Of a stretch of 64,000 bases of DNA, positions 58,219 to 64,000 are shown piece by piece; the stretch's first letter is position 1, and the number at the start of each line of letters is the position of its first letter. Under the pieces are notes generated by a model that saw nothing but the letters and a program-made list of their open reading frames with translations, made no database searches and had not been told where the DNA came from. The DNA is taken from assembly GCA_964016885.1 (NCBI GenBank), contig OZ024750.1, positions 7,440,001-7,504,000 on the forward strand. Direction: 5' to 3'. This DNA comes from Eledone cirrhosa. Its lineage: Eukaryota. Both the position numbers and the translations under genes were made by a program.

Positions 58219-58365
58219 TATCAAAGTTCATTCATCACACATCTGTGACATCATCAATGGTACTATTATGTTTCCTCCCGTTGTATTCTAATGTCTACGC
58301 CATTTTTATTTAATTTAAGTGATATATCTTTTGTATAAAGTTCGTTTAACTTAGACTCAACATAT

Positions 58366-58593
58366 TTAAGCCTTTAGCATTTAAACCGGCCATAACCGGC
58401 CATAATTCTCTCACTTCTTTCTGTTCAAACCGGTCATAACTGGTTGCTTATACTGATGTTAAGGAATTGTTCTCAAAATAAATAATATCAAAATCTCGTA
58501 GATTCGATTTTATGTAAGACAATTATGTGAGATAAAGCCTTTACTATGAAAATACAACAGTAAATATAGAGTAATGTAAATGAAAAATGGTTA
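58366..58593. mobile_element. Possible TTAA-flanked MITE (piggyBac-like); second copy at about 2612-2832
   Basis: Two similar copies of about 220 bp; degenerate termini ttaa-gcctttagcattta / taaatgaaaaatgg-ttaa. Confidence 0.45.
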
Positions 58594-60334
58594 AGGTACA
58601 TTTGGACGGCGTCACTGCCTTATTTATATTAGGTTTGGTAGTGATTCCATTATGTTCAGACCTAATACATATGTATATATATTTATTATAATATAATAAT
58701 CTATATTCGATTCGAATCCACGTGCTTATGATTGTAATTCAAACACCATTACCACTAGATTAGATCAATTCCAATCGTTTCATTACAATTTCTGTCTCTG
58801 TTTTCTTTACCCAATCTTACCTTCTTCTCTCTATCTTTGTTTCGTTCCCTTCCTCTCCACCCCTATCTCTATTTCGTTCCCTTCACCCTCTTACTCTCTC
58901 CCTGTTTCGTCTCCTGCCCCTCTTACTCTCTCGTCTCTTCTATGGAACAGAGCTTCAGAGCCTGAAGTAATTCACAGTAATTTAAAAGCTCAACGATTGT
59001 CATGTTTTTCTAGTGGAAACTTTTTATAATATTTTTATAGAATATAATAGATTAAGGGTTATTGAGGGGCCATACTTGTGATCTCTTATATATTTAGTTC
59101 ACGGCCAAATAAATACTAGAAAGAATGTGTGGTTAAATAGTTCATTTTAGATCGATGTGGTTTCCGGTTCGATCCCAATGCATGACACATGGGCAAGTGT
59201 ATTTTGACACAAAATCGGGGTCAACCAAAGATTTTTGAATGAGGTTTCGTAAACGGGGACTGGATTGAAATGAAAATCGGTCGGAAGGAGTGAAATGAAG
59301 AATCAGATCTTGGTAGATATATTTCATCCGTCTCCCTGTATAACACCACAACTTAACCCTTCGATGTCTTTAGTGAAGAGAAGTCCATTCTGGACACAGA
59401 ATAACTTTCTACGTTGAACCCTATCGGTTACCATGGATTATTGGTGGTGGTGGGGGTCTAGGGTAATTTCCCTTCTTTTACCAACTTTAGCCATTAAACA
59501 AGAAATATTTTCTACCATGTCAAATATTGCTGCTGAGAGTTGATAGAAAACCTTTCTGATGATATAACTTGGTAGCTTACTAACACCAAAGCTTGACAGA
59601 AGAATGTTAACGTCACTTAGGAATGATGCATTACTGAATATTGTGATTTCCAACTCCGACAAAATAAAACACACAAAATACGCCATTTTGTTTTGTATTT
59701 TTTTTACTTCAAAGAATACTTTAGCATATCACTCTATATCATATTATATGTATCACACTGCATTCCACTACATTACACTACATTACACTGCATTACAGTA
59801 TATTATATACTCAAATAAAATAAAATACTAGAATATATCCGATGGCTGTTACGATTATAGTGTAACAGTTGATCTTCATCTATTTCACAACAACAACAGC
59901 AGAAAATCACAATAATAGCAACAACAAACAGACAATTATCAACGCTGAAAGGTATCAACAACGACAGAAAGCAACACCACCACCACCAACAACAACAACA
60001 ACAACAACGAAGAGAAGAAAAATCAGAAACAATGGAAGCGATAAAACAAACCTTTAAAGCAGAAACATCAATTGTACGTTTAGTACAAATTGTAAGACGT
60101 TTAATAAAACAGGAACCAGAACCTATTGTAGATATTGACTACAGTTAACGTTCCCTGTAGATTAATATACTTATGTACTTATATACCTATATACTTAAAT
60201 ACACATACATACATACATAGATATATACACCATATATTATTCATATAAGTGTGTTTGTCTATGTATGTCCCTCTTTTGCTTTCACTCTCTCTCTCTCTCT
60301 CCCTATATATATATGTATATATATATATATGTCG

Positions 60335-60418
<84 letters not shown>

Positions 60419-60435
60419 ATATATATATATATATA

Positions 60436-60729
60436 TATAAAGAAAAAAAGATGAAATCGAAAATGCAACTGGAGTCTTATTTAAAAAAAAATATATATAT
60501 TTATCTGGTTCCTTTACCGGTTTCGCAGATGTGAGAAAAACCACAGACCCTCCATCTCAACTCTACTTTTGAAAAGCAGAAGAACTGCAAAACCGGTAAA
60601 GGAAGCAAATAAATATATATTTTGTTAAAAAATAAGACTCCAGTTGCATTTTCGATTTCATCTTTTTTCTTTATACTTTCACTCGTGTAGGACACCTCGG
60701 TTATTTTTCATTTTGTAAAAAAACCTCAC

Positions 60730-60736
<7 letters not shown>
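60436..60736. mobile_element. (TA)n-embedded fold-back element, family F2
   Basis: Highly similar to the 43239 copy. Confidence 0.8.
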
Positions 60737-60794
<58 letters not shown>

Positions 60795-60966
60795 ATCTGT
60801 ATTATTTTTGACCGCCGGTCAGTCAATGGCAACATTGAGGACCGAGTAAGTTAGATCGCAGATATATATATATAAAAGACAGCGAGAAGCGAAAACCAAC
60901 CAAACAGTGAGTGTGTTCTGTTATTAATTCTGGCAATATTACGCAAATATGACCCTCCCCAAATAT

Positions 60967-61055
<89 letters not shown>

Positions 61056-61466
61056 TATATATATATATTTGAGTGTGTGTATGTGCTTATCCCGGGTTCG
61101 ATCGGGGGTAACCACTGTAAGTTAGGTATTCAATACATACGAGAATATAAATATATAATATAGAAAAGGCTTCTACAGGAATAGAACTGTTTTCCTGATG
61201 ATTTCTCACGAATGAAACAGTTCTAGTCATGTAGAAGCCTTCTCTCTCGCTCTCTCTCGCTCTCTCACCCTCCCATCTCTCTCTCGCTCTCTCTCTCTGC
61301 ACACACCCACACATATATATATACCTACATATATACACACAGTGTAGTCAGCTTCTTTATATACAGTAATAAAATATATTACATACTTATGTAAATATCC
61401 ACATAACACGCACACGTGTCTAACATGTGGATATAAATATAATTCACACATTTATAGGTAAGTAAT

Positions 61467-61508
<42 letters not shown>

Positions 61509-61584
61509 CACACATATATGTATATATATATATATATATACACATATATATAGACATATATAAATATATATATATGTATATATG

Positions 61585-61667
<83 letters not shown>

Positions 61668-61849
61668 ATATACACACATATATATATATACACACATACA
61701 TATATACACACACGTGCAGACAAACGGACACACATATTGTTGAATTATTATGATTATGCGCATGTACAAATGTTTTAAAAATGGTAATATTTTCTGGATT
61801 TACACGGAAACATGGCATAACGTGGGTGAATATATAACAAGGAACATGC

Positions 61850-61918
<69 letters not shown>

Positions 61919-61979
61919 CATATGTATATATATAGATAGGATAGCTATATGTATGTATATGTATGTATCATCTATCAAT

Positions 61980-62012
<33 letters not shown>

Positions 62013-63484
62013 CCGTCATTAGTTATATATAAGCCCTGTGAATAGTTAGTGAAATAGTGGCAGTTTTCTCACGAATATATAATTATATATAGGCGGGATT
62101 TGTCACATGAGTACACACGCATTTAAGTGTATGTTTATGAGTGTGTATTGGCGTGTGTCTGTGATGTATTTCGTATCTCAGTATGTGTGTGTGTGTTTGG
62201 CATGTGTTATATCTTATATATGTGAATATAAATGCTGTATGCTGTACGCGTGTGTGTGTGTGGGTGTGTGGAGGGTGTGTGTTGCTTAGAGTTTATCTTT
62301 ATGTAGATATTTATAATCTCTTTCCAATCACATCGGATCGTACGTGTGAAATGCCTATGGTTATGTGCACAAAATGAAATGTTTTCAGGGACTTCTTTGC
62401 ATGTACATATACAAACAAGTACATACACATCCCATATACATATATATACACTCATAGCATTATAAATGTATATATATATTATATATATATTATATATTTA
62501 TGCAAATATAATTGTTATTGACCTCGAATCATTTTTCTTTCTACTGATCACCTGGTCCTTTTGTTTTCCCCCTTGAAACCAGTGACGTCAATAAAATGTA
62601 AGACAAAATAGTTTTATTTCTGTTCCCCGTGTTCTGTTTTGGAGTTTATTTTTATGTAGAAAATTTGAAAAGCAACGTTGACCGTGATCAACTTTGTTTT
62701 TCAAATTTTCGGTGTCGGTAAAATAATGGACCAGTCCAGTGAGATGGATTGGCAGAAATATATATATATTCAAAATAGGGAGCACACAGGGCAAAGACAA
62801 AAAACAAAACAAAACAACAACGGAAAGACAGACAGTCCCATATCCTCAGTCAGCCTCTGGAAATAACTACGGTTTCGGTATTTGTAAAGTCGATACTTTT
62901 CATTCCAGTCCGCATTAGCTAATTATATATATAGTAGTTAGTATCATCCAGCCAACAAATTCTGTTCAGTATCTGTTAATTCAACTTTAGAACTAATTTG
63001 CTTCTAGAATATTCCCTAATATCTACTGTCAACAAAATAATCCACTTATGTTTTGTACTTAACAAACTGATTTACATTCTCTAAAACCATTCACACTGGC
63101 CCTTTCACAATTTCATAGATTCCTAACAGATACCCACGCAATATTTCCATCTGGAATGCCAGCAGGTCAGTTTTAACCAGCTAAAGCTCATATCTCAATT
63201 TACCAATGTCGTTTGTCATTTTTGAGAGCGTGCTAACACTATAGTGTTAAGTCACACTGGAACATACTATGCATTGATATTAACATAAAGGCATGTTTGA
63301 TTGTAAATCATCACGCAAACTAAGAATATTTCATTTTAAGCTTGATTGGAAATTATTGCACGGTTTATCCGTCTATCTATACACATTATACATGCATAAA
63401 TACATACATACATACAATACATACCTGTTTGTCTACCTACCTACCTATCTTACTTCCTATCTACCTACATATATACTTATATAG

Positions 63485-63575
<91 letters not shown>

Positions 63576-63644
63576 CATACATATATGGTTATATACATAT
63601 GTATAATAAAATATCAAGTACACGTGTGTGTATTAACAATCTAA

Positions 63645-63734
<90 letters not shown>

Positions 63735-64000
63735 AGAAAACACAGGTAAGCATTAAGAGAAGGATTTTAGCCAGGTATTTACGAGCGTTTCGCTGGTAAG
63801 TGCAACCTTATAACCTCATACCACAGCCCATCCCACTAAATAACCTTAACCACCACCATATCATCACATCCACCCCCACATACTCTACACGCCAAGGCCA
63901 ACCCACCACCACCACACCACAGCCCACCTCATCCACAGACCGTCACCAACATCTCACCATCACACCCACCCCCATATACACAACAGGCCAGTACATCGCC

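Noticed and set aside
59438-59686. 82-aa ORF with GKRR as a second neuropeptide precursor
   Set aside because: No convincing signal peptide, recognisable motif or splice support.

Overview
AT-rich, microsatellite-dense eukaryotic DNA. The repeat types and the neuropeptide sequence suggest a coleoid cephalopod, probably Octopus (inference). One host gene can be rebuilt by hand on the minus strand: a three-coding-exon allatotropin (orexin-family) neuropeptide precursor at 21691-21468, 18549-18452 and 14536-14475. It is 127 aa long, with a signal peptide, KR-VGNGFKNNILDRMAHGF-GKR, and a C-terminal EF-hand-like loop DTNGDGVISMDEF split by an intron. The ORF track shows only its first coding exon. 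A candidate TATA/Inr promoter and ATG-free 5' UTR exon lie at about 46535-47085. The rest is interspersed repeats: tRNA-derived SINEs, RTE-type LINE 3' fragments, hAT MITEs, a non-autonomous Helitron, and mini/microsatellites. The most unusual signal is a dense set of short, often fold-back elements inserted in (TA)n tracts. At least nine loci in several unrelated families carry type I hammerhead-ribozyme motifs with co-varying stems, resembling Penelope-like-element termini or retrozymes. One copy lies in sense orientation in the inferred first intron of the allatotropin gene. Repeat boundaries are approximate and all structures were assigned by eye.
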